The notes under the pieces are model-generated. The model made no database searches. It was not told where the DNA came from and worked only from the letters and a program-made list of their open reading frames with translations. This document shows positions 1 through 10,900 of a DNA stretch of 64,000 nt, one piece after another (within the stretch, counting starts at the first letter, position 1; the number at the start of each line of letters is the position of its first letter). The DNA comes from Promethearchaeota archaeon (GTDB taxonomy: Archaea; Asgardarchaeota; Lokiarchaeia; Sigyniarchaeales; SOKP01): contig JAHLWP010000004.1 of assembly GCA_019057865.1 (NCBI GenBank), forward strand, positions 64,001-128,000, read 5' to 3'. A program made the position numbers and the translations under genes.

Positions 1-1
1 C

Positions 2-454
2 GATTTTTGATTCACCTAAATTAATTAAATTTTCATAAGGATGATGGTTTTCAATATTGAAATTCTCAACTACATATTTCCCTAATTTTAAGATGCAATC
101 ATGTCTATTCATCGGTTTATGAGCGCCAATAGCTAGAAGAATTGTAATTTGTTCCTTGTTTATACCAACTTTATCTAATTCTCCCAAAATATGAGGTAGG
201 ATTTTGTATATGGGAGTTGTTCTTGTCATATCATCCACAACTATAACTATTTTTTCTTTGTTTTTTGCTAATTCCGACAATTTTGGAGTAGCTATAGGAT
301 TAAGTATTGAATTTCTAATTTTTTCATCAGTTAATTCTGGAGCATCAGCACCTTTCATTTTAAATATACTTATATCCCAAGAATCTGGAAAGGTTAAATC
401 TAAATATTTAGGTTCCCTCCATGCTGCCCAAGGTACTTTAAAAGTTTTTGTCAT
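2..454 (-). CDS. Lactate racemase LarA-family (DUF2088) protein, N-terminal part; runs off the window edge
   Basis: Not in the ORF track. Manual translation from ATG at 454: MTKTFKVPWAAWREPKYLDLTFP...NPIATPKLSELAK...IVIVVDDMTRTTP...LLAIGAHKPM...IENHHP, open to the window start. The D-x-TR-x-TP, G-x-H and NH motifs are typical of LarA N-domains. Confidence 0.8.
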   Translation of the reverse strand, partial: MTKTFKVPWAAWREPKYLDLTFPDSWDISIFKMKGADAPELTDEKIRNSILNPIATPKLSELAKNKEKIVIVVDDMTRTTPIYKILPHILGELDKVGINKEQITILLAIGAHKPMNRHDCILKLGKYVVENFNIENHHPYENLINLGESKI

Positions 455-566
455 GGTAATTATATCATCATTTATATTTTTATTTTTAAAAATCTTAATT
501 TGCTATTAATAAAGTTAAATATTGATTATTTTATATGTTTTAAAATAAATTAAATTATGAGATGCT

Positions 567-1028
567 ATGATTGACAAAAATGAAAATAGAATTTCTAAGG
601 ATGATTATTTTATGAAAATTGCTGAAGTTGTATCGCTTAGATCTACTTGTATAAGGAGAAAAGTAGGAGCTGTTTTAGTAAAGGATTCCCACATTTTGTC
701 TACTGGTTATAATGGAGCCCCAGCAAGTTTTAAACATTGTACTCCTGAAACATGTGTTCGAAAAAACTTAAAAAGTGGTGAAAAACCTGAATTATGTAGA
801 GGTTTACATGCTGAGATCAATTGTATTATCCAAGCTGCGATTCATGGAACTTCAATAAAGGGTGATACGACAATTTACAGTACAATTTTTCCTTGTATGA
901 GCTGTTTAAAATTGTTAATTAATGCCGGGATTAATAGATTAGTATATAAAGAAGGATACGCTATGGAAAATAAAGTAAAAGAAAATCTTTTAAAGGAATC
1001 TAATTTAATCGTACAGAAGTTTCGGTAA
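567..1028 (+). CDS. dCMP deaminase (ComEB/cytidine deaminase family)
   Basis: [19 protein letters not shown], zinc-binding HAE and PCxxC motifs. Confidence 0.92.
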   Translation: MIDKNENRISKDDYFMKIAEVVSLRSTCIRRKVGAVLVKDSHILSTGYNGAPASFKHCTPETCVRKNLKSGEKPELCRGLHAEINCIIQAAIHGTSIKGDTTIYSTIFPCMSCLKLLINAGINRLVYKEGYAMENKVKENLLKESNLIVQKFR

Positions 1029-1063
1029 GTCTTTTTTTGCTTGAAGAAAGTTATCAAATTAAC

Positions 1064-2293
1064 TTAAGAATACCATTTTTCCTTAGCTATTCTTTTTCTT
1101 GTTATTTCTCCTTGTTCAGGTGTAATTTTATCTCTAAGAGCCTGATTACAAATTTGTTTTCCAATGATGACTTTTGGATTATTTGCCCAATTTACATCAA
1201 TTAACAAGCAAAGATAATATACAGATGATAAAATAAACGATATAAGATGCCCCATATTTTTTTCTAAGGGATTATCGATAGATATCTCTGCTGTTGGTAC
1301 TCCTTGCTGAATTAAAGCTTGAAACGTAGCATCTGCTTGATAATTTACAACATTCTGAGCACTTTGATCATTAATATATGGAATAGTTGAAGTTAAAACA
1401 AGATTAGGATTTTCATTTTTTACTGTCCATACTATAGGGATCACAATACCTTTAGTTCCACCTAATAAAAATTCTAACACAGAATGTTGACAGATGGGAG
1501 CTGATTGATATGTTCCTATCATACCTCTTTCATCCTTTCCCGTACTTTCGGATACTCCTTGAACCCATAATCCAACACTTCCCTCAAGATTTTTAGAATA
1601 TGGCATTGAAAATACAACTTTATATCCTTTCTTATATAAATTAAAAAGGAATGCTGCAAATTCTAAGGCAGGATTATTATCATAATTAGAAAAATTATTA
1701 TACCCCTCTTCTAATCCTTTTAAAAAATTCTCAATATTTATACCAGAAATATATGCAGGAACAATACCAACATTTGTAACTGAGCCTGCATAACGACCAG
1801 AAAGATCGGGAACATCTAAAATAGGACAATCTATTTCTTTTAATATATTATTCATAGTTCCCATGGATGAGAGCCCTAAAAATTTATACCCTCTCCTAAC
1901 AAAAATTCCAATTGTAGAATTAATGTCTAGAGTTTCTCCACCTCTCGATATTGGTATTACAATAGAATTTTCAGGTGAAGTTTTTTCCAAACAACCCTTC
2001 AATTCTACTGCTCTTGAACTTGGAACTGGATATATCTTTTTTTTAGATAAATGCTTAAGTGCTAATAATGTTTGTATTGAGCCACCAGTACCTAATACAA
2101 TTACATTTTTGATATTTTCACTCAAGAATGGTTTAGTTATTGTTTTTATCTTATCCATATCCAGATGGGATTTTGTATCGAAGAAAAATGGAGAATCCCA
2201 CTTATCTTTGTTTTTTTTAATGATGTCCATTGCTTCTTTTAGAAGCCCATCATTTATTTTTGGATAATATTCTAATTTTAGATTTAAATTCAA
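1064..2293 (-). CDS. pgi: Compact glucose-6-phosphate isomerase-like (double SIS) protein
   Basis: GTGGS, SRGGETL, SGRY, ESTGK, QHS and C-terminal PKVIIGK match PGI catalytic segments. Confidence 0.7.
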   Translation of the reverse strand: MNLNLKLEYYPKINDGLLKEAMDIIKKNKDKWDSPFFFDTKSHLDMDKIKTITKPFLSENIKNVIVLGTGGSIQTLLALKHLSKKKIYPVPSSRAVELKGCLEKTSPENSIVIPISRGGETLDINSTIGIFVRRGYKFLGLSSMGTMNNILKEIDCPILDVPDLSGRYAGSVTNVGIVPAYISGINIENFLKGLEEGYNNFSNYDNNPALEFAAFLFNLYKKGYKVVFSMPYSKNLEGSVGLWVQGVSESTGKDERGMIGTYQSAPICQHSVLEFLLGGTKGIVIPIVWTVKNENPNLVLTSTIPYINDQSAQNVVNYQADATFQALIQQGVPTAEISIDNPLEKNMGHLISFILSSVYYLCLLIDVNWANNPKVIIGKQICNQALRDKITPEQGEITRKRIAKEKWYS

Positions 2294-2561
2294 AAAAATT
2301 TCACCACCAACTTTAATAGATTTGCTAATAAAATTATATAATCCTATTTTATTTTTATTATTTTATTTTAGGAAAAAGAAGATAGATGATCAAACTTAAA
2401 TTTTCCTTATTATTGTCGTTCTTTACCCATAAATTCTCAAAATAAAAATTTAAAAACCAGAACTCTATTTCACTTAAAATATCGAGCTATATAACCTTAC
2501 TTATATAATATTCATCTATAAAAATTACACTAAAATTTTTTTCTCTTTTATGTGATTTACT

Positions 2562-3815
2562 ATGGCAAAAGCTAGAGAAATAAAAAATGGAAATGGAAAT
2601 AGCATGGAAATCAACAAGCCTTACTATTGTACTGAATGTAAGCGTAATCATACAAAAGGCAAAATATATAAAGAACATCTCAGGTTTGCAAATTCTGAAG
2701 ATAATAATGAAGAACTTATTAATGATGAGAATGCAGAGTCAGAATTTGAGAATTCAGAGTCAGAATTTGAGAATTATGATGATGATGCAGAAATTATCGA
2801 AGCCTTTAATGAATTAGAAGAAGAAACCAATTCTGATGTTGAGAATTTCTCTAATAATGATAATGATATAAATAATTGTGTCGAAGCAGTAAAAAATCTC
2901 CCCGGAGTAGGAGAAGCTACTCTCAATAAACTAATTAAAGCAGGTTTTAATTCATTAGAATCAATAGCATTTACACCTCCCTCAATCATACAAGAAGAAA
3001 GTGGTCTAGGAGAAAAAACAACAACAAAACTGATTAAAGTATCTATGGAAAAACTTAATATAGGATTTAAATCTGCCGTAGATGTATGGGAACATCGAAA
3101 AAACATTGCCAAAGTTACTACAGGGAGCCAAGAATTAGATGATTTATTAGGTGGAGGGGTTGAGACTGGCAGTGTTATTGAATTTTATGGGGAATTTAGG
3201 ACTGGAAAAACTCAAATTATGCATCAATTATGTGTAAATGTTCAGTTACCTCGAGAAAAAGGTGGTCTTGAAGGAAATGCATTATATATTGATACAGAGG
3301 GAACATTTCGACCTGAAAGAATAATACAAATGGCTGAGGCTCACGATCTTGATCATAATAAAGTTTTAAAAAATATAGTGTTTGGTCGTGCTTATAATTC
3401 AGATCATCAAATACTTTTAATTAAAGAAGCAGCAAATTTAATTAAAGAAAAAAATATAAAAATAATTGTAGTAGACTCTTTAATAGGACACTTTAGGAGT
3501 GAATATATTGGCAGAGGCACCCTAGCAACTCGACAACAAACACTCAATTCTCATCTACATGATCTATTAAGAATATGTGATATATATCCTGAATTAGGAG
3601 TTGTTTTAACGAATCAAGTTCAATCAAAACCTGACGTTTTTTATGGAAATCCAATAAGAGCTACAGGTGGAAATATTGTAGCACATGGATCAACTATTAG
3701 GGTTTATTTAAGAAAAGGAAAAGGTGAACAGAGGATTGCAAAAGTTGTTGATGCCCCTCATCTGCCAGAAGGAGAAGCTATCTTCAGTATTACTGGAAGT
3801 GGTATAACAGATTAA
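2562..3815 (+). CDS. radA: DNA repair/recombination protein RadA with ~100-aa N-terminal extension
   Basis: HhH LPGVGEAT, Walker A GEFRTGKTQ, YIDTEGTFRPER, Walker B IIVVDS, FRSEYIGRG, TNQV, GGNIVAH. Confidence 0.95.
   Translation: MAKAREIKNGNGNSMEINKPYYCTECKRNHTKGKIYKEHLRFANSEDNNEELINDENAESEFENSESEFENYDDDAEIIEAFNELEEETNSDVENFSNNDNDINNCVEAVKNLPGVGEATLNKLIKAGFNSLESIAFTPPSIIQEESGLGEKTTTKLIKVSMEKLNIGFKSAVDVWEHRKNIAKVTTGSQELDDLLGGGVETGSVIEFYGEFRTGKTQIMHQLCVNVQLPREKGGLEGNALYIDTEGTFRPERIIQMAEAHDLDHNKVLKNIVFGRAYNSDHQILLIKEAANLIKEKNIKIIVVDSLIGHFRSEYIGRGTLATRQQTLNSHLHDLLRICDIYPELGVVLTNQVQSKPDVFYGNPIRATGGNIVAHGSTIRVYLRKGKGEQRIAKVVDAPHLPEGEAIFSITGSGITD
2734..2775 (+). repeat. Perfect 21-bp tandem duplication within the radA extension
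   Basis: CAGAGTCAGAATTTGAGAATT x2, encoding (A/S)ESEFEN twice. Confidence 0.9.
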
Positions 3816-3841
3816 TTCATAAAAAGAGTATTAAATTAATT

Positions 3842-4306
3842 TTATATTTTTATTTTCCACCCTTCTTTCTGTGTGAATTGTATTTTATCATCTTTATCCA
3901 TTTGATTAATTAGAAGAGAAATCATTTTCTCAGATACAGTTATTTTTCCATCAACTGCTCTCTCTAAGACTTTATCAATTAATACTTTTAATGATTTCAC
4001 TGATTTCTCCCTATAGAGAATCCTAAAGATTGTTTTTTCCACATATTCTCTTATTTTCACTGGAATGGTTAAAGCTTCTTTTCTTTTTGGCATAGGAGGA
4101 GTCTTAATGATTTCATCTTTAGGCTTTTCATACTCAACAACAATTGTTTTTACTCCTACTTTTTTTGTGCTTTTTTGTACTTCATCAAATTTTATAGCTG
4201 ATTTCTCTTTTCTACTATTTTTAAAATCTTTTTCTTCAATCTCAATTTTATCATTAGGTTTAGTTGTAGTAATAGATTCTACAGTCGAGATTTCATCTTT
4301 TTTCAA
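3842..4306 (-). CDS. Hypothetical protein with probable C-terminal winged helix; frame stays open upstream to 4426 and adds a hydrophobic helix
   Basis: C-terminal helix-helix-hairpin pattern (LLINQMDKDDKIQFTQKEGWKI); upstream in-frame LVLIDIYLIINIVIVSFVRKRK. Confidence 0.6.
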   Translation of the reverse strand: MKKDEISTVESITTTKPNDKIEIEEKDFKNSRKEKSAIKFDEVQKSTKKVGVKTIVVEYEKPKDEIIKTPPMPKRKEALTIPVKIREYVEKTIFRILYREKSVKSLKVLIDKVLERAVDGKITVSEKMISLLINQMDKDDKIQFTQKEGWKIKI

Positions 4307-4664
4307 TTGTTTTTCTTTTTTGCTTTTCCTTTTTCTTACAAAACTAACTATAACTATATTGATAATAAGATAAATATCAATTAAAACTAGATTTGGAAGT
4401 TGTAGAAAGATTGCTACTTCACCTTGTTATAATTTTAAAAATAAAATTTTGTCTCATGTTGGATATATAATAAAGATATTTCAAGAGATAATATTACTAC
4501 TTCTTTTAAGTAATTATTCCAATTTAATTTTATATATAAAATAAAGAATTTCATCTTAATTAAAATTTAGAATACAAGTATAAGATTGAGATTAATCAAA
4601 TAAGTTAAGACTATTCCAAGATTAAGATTTTAAAATAAAAAGAAAAAAATTTTTAAAAAAATTT

Positions 4665-7600
4665 TTATATTAATTTTTCATATTCCTTAGATTTATTTGA
4701 TAATCTTTTTACTTCTTTTGTCATTCCAGTCACGCCTAATTTAAAGATTTCGGATGCTATTCTTGAAGCCATTCTAAATTTTTGAGTAGCTTCAGAGTAA
4801 TGTTCTTCTTTAGCTGCTAATTTTGCTCCCTTCTCTAGTTTCTTCATTTTTGCTTTAAAATCTACAATTTTTGTCCTGCGGATAAGGTCTTCTAATTCTT
4901 CAAATTCTTTTTGTATTTCCCAATTTGTAGCTATCATTAGAGCATTTTGGTAAATGGTAATAACTTTGTCATAATCGTTCTCTTTCATTGCTAAAGCAGC
5001 ATTCTTCTTCAAGTTTTTAATCTCTTTTTTAGCTGATTTTAGATTTTCTATTTTTACTACACCCACTTTCATAGGTGCAGATACAATTTCTTGGCGTTCC
5101 ATTATACTGGCAAAGTAAGCTTCTCTTTCAGCAGGACCCATTTGAGCTAGATCATTAACAAGTTTTTGTTTTTCCTCAGGAGATAAACTAATTAATCCCG
5201 CTACCTTTTGGCTAATAAGATTTAATTCTTGCTGGGAAATAGGTCGGGCTTCAATAGTGGAGATCTCTATTGGCATTAGGATTTTATTATCTCTTAATTC
5301 TTTAATCCCACTGAAAATTTCAGCTGTATCTTTTTTGGTTCTTTCAGTAGCTTCTTTCAAAAGAGTTGCGATAAAAAAGAAATCTCTTTCTGCTTCTTCG
5401 CAGCAACTGTGAGCAATTTTTAAAACATCCTTTGAATGGGATGTTTTAAGACTTTTTACATCTGAAAATTCATATGTAATCTTATGAGGTAAAATTATTG
5501 AAGTATTAAAGATCTCATCAACAAATACTCCAGCATTTCTGAAAAAATTTAATTGCCCTCTCCAATTTGGAAGCTCACTTTCGTAAGTTTTTCCAAAAGC
5601 TGCAATAAATTCGGTTAGATGTTTACGTAAGATTATTGATGCTTTCTTACTTAACACCAAGGCAACTCTAATATATTCACCATCAGCTAGTAATAACATT
5701 TTATCACCATAAGTTATTTCATTTAACGCTTTCTGAGCCACCATTTCTTTCCCGAATGAAGATACTGCAGAAATGAAACCACTGATTAACTCAGGGTCAA
5801 TCGCCTCTGAACCAAAAGATTTGAAGTATACACATGTTCCTGTTCCCTTGTATAAAACTAAAATGTGTTCTAAATTAATTGCATCATCAAATATAGTTCT
5901 AACTTCAGTTAAAACCCTCTTCTTTTCCCGTTTCTTAGGAACAACTAATCCCCGATAAATAGCAACTGAACCTGCACCCACTGCTGCTACTGCTCCAATA
6001 ATAATTATATATGGCATGAAATCCTCTAAACGCAATCCCGCGTCAAAAGGGATAACTTTAAAACCTTGAACATTAAGTGAATCACTTTTATAATAAAAAG
6101 TACTATCCACATTTACAGTTAATGTAATATTTCTCGCGTTATTTGGAATAGTTATTTCAAAATATACATAACTACCTAAATTTGTATTATTAAAGAGAGG
6201 ACTTGCAGGATTACCATCGATAAAGGGAATTAATTCAACATTAACATTACTTAAAGGAATCCAATCTGTTCCGTCATATAATTCTATAAAGAATGAAATT
6301 GTGAATGAATCACCAGCATTAACATCAAATGGTCTATTATAAATTGAAATATTAATGTCTAGTTTATCCTTAACGATTGCATAAAAAACAAATGTAGTAT
6401 TTTCATAATTTTTTCTAACTAATAAAATTTCTATTGAATAATCACCAATAGCCAAATTTTGAGTAGTTAAACTACCTATATGAGTTCCGAAGCTAGGAGT
6501 ATCATAAACAAAATCAAATGTATGAGATAGTACACCATTTATAGAGCTATTATCAAGATTTTCATAAGTAACAATATAATAGTCAGCATCTCCGAGAATT
6601 ATAGTATCACCAAATTCTGCCTCTGTGTAATTAAACTCTAAATTGATATTACTACCAATGTAAAATGTAAAATTATTTATGGGTCCTAATGGAGTTAAAA
6701 CACCTCCTGGATCAGTAACTGAAATTAAACCTATTTTTGCATAATTACCCCTTAAATAGAATGTAACATAAGCATAGCTTAGATCATAATTAGGAAAATC
6801 AGATACCCTTATTTCTAATGTATACCAACCAGCATCTAGACCATTTGTGCTAACATCTAAAATATAGGTTCCATTATTCCATGGATTATTTAGACTCCAA
6901 TTAAAATCTCCAGTATCCCATATATTTCCCGTAACATTATTTCTTACTATAACATCCTCCGTGGTAAGATTTAAAACTGGTTCGTTATTAGTTGTGTCAT
7001 TAAAGTAAAATGAAATAGATTGGTTTAATCCAGAATGTCTAGCAATTGTTGAAAGCCAAGAAAGATTGACTATGTTCGTATTGATAACATTAACTTCAAT
7101 AGTTATGTTTAATACTTGAGTTTCATTCCCTATTGCGGAGATATTAAACATAAAAATATAAGGTGAACCAGACACATCCACATAACTAGTGTCAAAATGC
7201 ATTGTATAATCACCATCTCCGTTATTAGCTAAGTATGTGATAAAGTTATAAGAAGGGCTGATCCGTTCCCATGTGGCTTCATTAATAGGATTTCCTAATG
7301 TATCTGAATAATCAAAACTGTAGCTAACATTTAATCCTCGCATCACTGGACCTAGACTGGCATTATTAGAAGGAGTAATAATAGTAGTTATTTGCCTATG
7401 AATTGTCAACAATATAGATAAATTTTTATAGTTTGTTTTTGAAGCGTTAAATATTAAATCAATAAAACCAAATTGATTAAAATCAGAATGACCCGCATAA
7501 ATTTCAATATTATACCTTCCACTTCCAATATAAGTGATATTATCTCCTCTATAATTATTTCCTTCATTAAGACTATACACTACTGTAGCTCCAGGGATTC

Positions 7601-10370
7601 CAGTACTCTGAACCACATCTTTATATTCTATAATAACATTAAAAATTTGTTTTGTGGTATAAATAGAACCATCTGAAGGAGAAATAGTTATCAATGAAGT
7701 AGTTCCAATAACAATTGGAAATAATGAATCGCTTTTTATATAATAATTCAGTTTGCTTGCATTAACTCTTATATTAAAAGCTCCATAACTACTAAAAATA
7801 CCATCACTGCAATCAATTGTAATATTATAATTTCCATTTCCTGTATAAACTAAAGAAGGACTTGTATAAGGCGTTCCATAAACATCAACATCAATTGTAG
7901 CACCATCTAATCCTTGATTTCGAGAGGTATCCTTAAAATTTGCTGTTATAATAAAACTTTCATCTGAATAATAAAAAGATTTATCTGGCCATTTAGTAAG
8001 CGTTAGTGCTGTAACACCAGTAATTGTTATACTAAGAGGTTCACTTTGGTTATAATAATACGATTTACTCGCATTTATAATAATATTTTGTAATCCATAA
8101 TTTCCAAATTGAGTATCGTTACACTTAACGGTTATATTATACTTATTATCACCAATTGATTTTATATTATCCCAGCGATAGGTATTTCCCCCATCAAGAC
8201 TATAATTTAAAGCAGGTGCATCAATAATTTCATTTCTAATTGTATTGTTATATTTAACTGTAATATTGAATGTATTTGAAGAATCAAATGATGCCCCATT
8301 TAAAGGGGAAATAATTGTTAGAGAAGTCTCACCCAAAATTATAATATCTATTGACTCACTCTGGTTATTATAATATTGCTTACTTGCATTAACAGTAATA
8401 CTATTGGGTCCATTAGAACTAAATTCGGGATCGTTACAATCAATTGTAATATTATAAAGCCCATTACCTAAAGCAGTAATATTATCAGTTCTAAAATTAT
8501 TTGAATTTAATCTATACGAAATAGTCGCATCAGATATGTTTTTAGGAGGAAATCCCGTATATCCTGTATCATTGAAGAAAGCTGTTATATTAAAAATATC
8601 GCTGGCATCAAACGTTAAAGATGGTAAATTGACAAATTTTAATTCTGTTTCTCCTAATATTGTTAAATTTCCTATTAAAAGCCCCGCAGCTGTACCATTA
8701 TTCCAGGCTAAGTATATAGGAAAAGCACCATATTGGGAAATATCATTAGAAATATCCCAATCTACTACAGTAAATTCTGTATCTGGAGTTAATAGTGAAA
8801 GATCTATAACATTGGTATAGACTAAATAATTGGGTGCTGGATTATATATGCTTAAATTAAGATATCCTGAATTTATAACTTCAATAAAAGTGGCATTAAA
8901 TCGTACAATATCAGAATAATTTGCTATAGTTGATGGAATACCTGAAATATAAGTATCTATAGAAGAAAGAAGATTAGTTGAATTTGCTGTTAAATACCAG
9001 TAAGTACCATTTCCTGCATTTGGGATATTAATTTCCCTATAACCATTTCCTAATAGCCGTTTAATAATAGTTGGGGTTCTATCATCAGTACCATTAAAAA
9101 CTTCTATGCTGCTATTAATCCAAGTAGCAGGTATTGTAAAGTTAATTTCATAATCATCAAATCCTATACTAAAAAAGTTTAAACCATCTTCTCGGGTAAC
9201 ATTCCATTCTGCTAATTCACCACTTCCAGAGACATAAAATTCAGAACTAGCGGTTAAATCTGTTTTGGTGTAATTAATTTGAACTTGAGAGATATTACAA
9301 GTAACATCCCACCAATCTGCTGAAACTGTATACTGTAATTCACCTGAAGCACTACTATTGACCTCGAATGATTCCCAATATCCAGAACCATTAATATAAG
9401 AAAATCCATTAACTGGTTTATTGTTAATTTTCATTCCAATATTTTCTGGGTTTGGAGTATTATTAATAGGTATTACTCCAACTCTGGCCATAAAATCGAT
9501 GGTATAAGAACCTGTATCTAAATCAACTAATTCATCCCAAGTTAGTGATACTGTATATTCCATGCTTTTGGTCTCATCAACACCGTCTCCATCTCCAGAG
9601 GGTGGATCTTCAACATAAAACCAACGAGCATCTGTTGGAGCATCTTGAATAAATCCAAAAAACCATAAATTATTTTCTGTTTTTGAATTATTTAAAAAAT
9701 AATTAATTCCTGTGAGACTATGCCATCCCTCATCATCTGCAGGAAACTCCAACTTACCAAGATTAACACCTTGATGATCCCCATCAGGCTTTCCATCAGA
9801 GGTAGAATTGTATAAAAATACTGTAAGATTACCCGCGCTTATTGCTGTTTTATATATATAAGCTGAAATATTTTCTAGATATCCACTTGAAGGCATTATA
9901 AATGAAGTAACTTTAGGATGTAAACTATCAAGTTCATATCTAAAATCTTTAGGATCATCCTCAATGGTCATATTCCTATTAGGAACATATATATCTTTTA
10001 TATCAATTTTCGTATAACTCGAATTAAATGAAATATCTGTTGGGCATGGTAATTTGAATTGATTATTATCCGAATCAGAAGTATTTAATGATGTATTAAA
10101 AGAGGTATTTAAATAAGATTGATGCAGCTTAATATCTATACTTCCTCCAGAACCATTAAATGAAGTTTGATAATCAGAAGTCCTAAGATTGTCCATTTGA
10201 AAATCATCCGATTCAAATTCATTAGGATTTTCTTCTTCAAGTAAACTATTATTTTCAATAAAATTCCAATGAATCCAATTGACATTAAGAATTATTGTAC
10301 CAAGTATTAAAAGAAAAATAGAAGTTGCTTTTATCCTCTTTTTGATTTTTAACCTATTCATAGAAATCAA
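4665..10370 (-). CDS. Large membrane receptor-like glycoprotein: extracellular Ig-like repeats, TM helix, cytoplasmic longin-like domain and helical tail
   Basis: N-terminal hydrophobic segment; beta-rich region with many N-x-S/T sequons; TM YIIIIGAVAAVGAGSVAIY followed by KKREKKR; longin-like HILVLYKGTGTCVY...DPELISGFISAVSSFGKE. Confidence 0.8.
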   Translation of the reverse strand: MISMNRLKIKKRIKATSIFLLILGTIILNVNWIHWNFIENNSLLEEENPNEFESDDFQMDNLRTSDYQTSFNGSGGSIDIKLHQSYLNTSFNTSLNTSDSDNNQFKLPCPTDISFNSSYTKIDIKDIYVPNRNMTIEDDPKDFRYELDSLHPKVTSFIMPSSGYLENISAYIYKTAISAGNLTVFLYNSTSDGKPDGDHQGVNLGKLEFPADDEGWHSLTGINYFLNNSKTENNLWFFGFIQDAPTDARWFYVEDPPSGDGDGVDETKSMEYTVSLTWDELVDLDTGSYTIDFMARVGVIPINNTPNPENIGMKINNKPVNGFSYINGSGYWESFEVNSSASGELQYTVSADWWDVTCNISQVQINYTKTDLTASSEFYVSGSGELAEWNVTREDGLNFFSIGFDDYEINFTIPATWINSSIEVFNGTDDRTPTIIKRLLGNGYREINIPNAGNGTYWYLTANSTNLLSSIDTYISGIPSTIANYSDIVRFNATFIEVINSGYLNLSIYNPAPNYLVYTNVIDLSLLTPDTEFTVVDWDISNDISQYGAFPIYLAWNNGTAAGLLIGNLTILGETELKFVNLPSLTFDASDIFNITAFFNDTGYTGFPPKNISDATISYRLNSNNFRTDNITALGNGLYNITIDCNDPEFSSNGPNSITVNASKQYYNNQSESIDIIILGETSLTIISPLNGASFDSSNTFNITVKYNNTIRNEIIDAPALNYSLDGGNTYRWDNIKSIGDNKYNITVKCNDTQFGNYGLQNIIINASKSYYYNQSEPLSITITGVTALTLTKWPDKSFYYSDESFIITANFKDTSRNQGLDGATIDVDVYGTPYTSPSLVYTGNGNYNITIDCSDGIFSSYGAFNIRVNASKLNYYIKSDSLFPIVIGTTSLITISPSDGSIYTTKQIFNVIIEYKDVVQSTGIPGATVVYSLNEGNNYRGDNITYIGSGRYNIEIYAGHSDFNQFGFIDLIFNASKTNYKNLSILLTIHRQITTIITPSNNASLGPVMRGLNVSYSFDYSDTLGNPINEATWERISPSYNFITYLANNGDGDYTMHFDTSYVDVSGSPYIFMFNISAIGNETQVLNITIEVNVINTNIVNLSWLSTIARHSGLNQSISFYFNDTTNNEPVLNLTTEDVIVRNNVTGNIWDTGDFNWSLNNPWNNGTYILDVSTNGLDAGWYTLEIRVSDFPNYDLSYAYVTFYLRGNYAKIGLISVTDPGGVLTPLGPINNFTFYIGSNINLEFNYTEAEFGDTIILGDADYYIVTYENLDNSSINGVLSHTFDFVYDTPSFGTHIGSLTTQNLAIGDYSIEILLVRKNYENTTFVFYAIVKDKLDINISIYNRPFDVNAGDSFTISFFIELYDGTDWIPLSNVNVELIPFIDGNPASPLFNNTNLGSYVYFEITIPNNARNITLTVNVDSTFYYKSDSLNVQGFKVIPFDAGLRLEDFMPYIIIIGAVAAVGAGSVAIYRGLVVPKKREKKRVLTEVRTIFDDAINLEHILVLYKGTGTCVYFKSFGSEAIDPELISGFISAVSSFGKEMVAQKALNEITYGDKMLLLADGEYIRVALVLSKKASIILRKHLTEFIAAFGKTYESELPNWRGQLNFFRNAGVFVDEIFNTSIILPHKITYEFSDVKSLKTSHSKDVLKIAHSCCEEAERDFFFIATLLKEATERTKKDTAEIFSGIKELRDNKILMPIEISTIEARPISQQELNLISQKVAGLISLSPEEKQKLVNDLAQMGPAEREAYFASIMERQEIVSAPMKVGVVKIENLKSAKKEIKNLKKNAALAMKENDYDKVITIYQNALMIATNWEIQKEFEELEDLIRRTKIVDFKAKMKKLEKGAKLAAKEEHYSEATQKFRMASRIASEIFKLGVTGMTKEVKRLSNKSKEYEKLI
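7400..8660 (-). repeat. About four ~105-aa Ig-like repeats in the large protein (boundaries approximate)
   Basis: Recurring G(N/S)GxYNI...NASKxxY motifs (ASKQYY, ASKSYY, ASKLNY, ASKTNY) spaced ~315 bp apart. Confidence 0.75.
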
Positions 10371-10639
10371 ATAGTTTATATTTATTTTAAATTGATAGAT
10401 TCGAATTTACTAATTTAATAACTTTTCTTGTATTAAATTAATTATTTTTTTTGAATATTAATTTTGTAATTAATCAATTCATAATAATATCATAATTTAT
10501 ACTTTTTCAAAATAACCACTATTCTTTCAAATTTATTTGTAAAAATAGAAAGACAAATCTTTTAATAATCAATAAAAGTGAAAAATAGAAACTAAATGAT
10601 GTAATTCCAATAAAGGAATTTAGGTATAATATTGTGTTT

Positions 10640-10863
10640 TTAATTTTTCTTTAAAATAATTCTTGCATCTACACAAATTAGACCTTTTTCATAGATAAAC
10701 ACAGGATTTAAATCCATTTCGTTAATTTCTTCATGTTTAATAACGAAATCTGAGACTTTCAATAAAATATTAACTATAGCATCTATGTCTGCTTTAGGTT
10801 TTCCACGGTATCCGTCTAGGATTGGGAAGCCCTTAATTTCATGAATCATTTCTTTTACAATCA
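10640..10863 (-). pseudogene. Orphan 3' fragment (~70 codons) of acyl-CoA synthetase (NDP-forming) beta subunit
   Basis: 59/70 aa identical to the C-terminus of 12323..13009, ~77% nt identity by manual count; no matching 5' part; one-base shift at the homology boundary. Confidence 0.88.
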
Positions 10864-10900
10864 CTTTAATATTCAAAATTTTCAACTTTATAGAATAATT

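Noticed and set aside
204-509. 101-aa plus-strand ORF
   Set aside because: Antisense shadow of the LarA-family gene on the minus strand
10864-10885. TTG start making the acdB fragment an 81-aa gene
   Set aside because: The first residues are non-homologous and out of frame with the D-C codons; the fragment lacks most of the ATP-grasp domain
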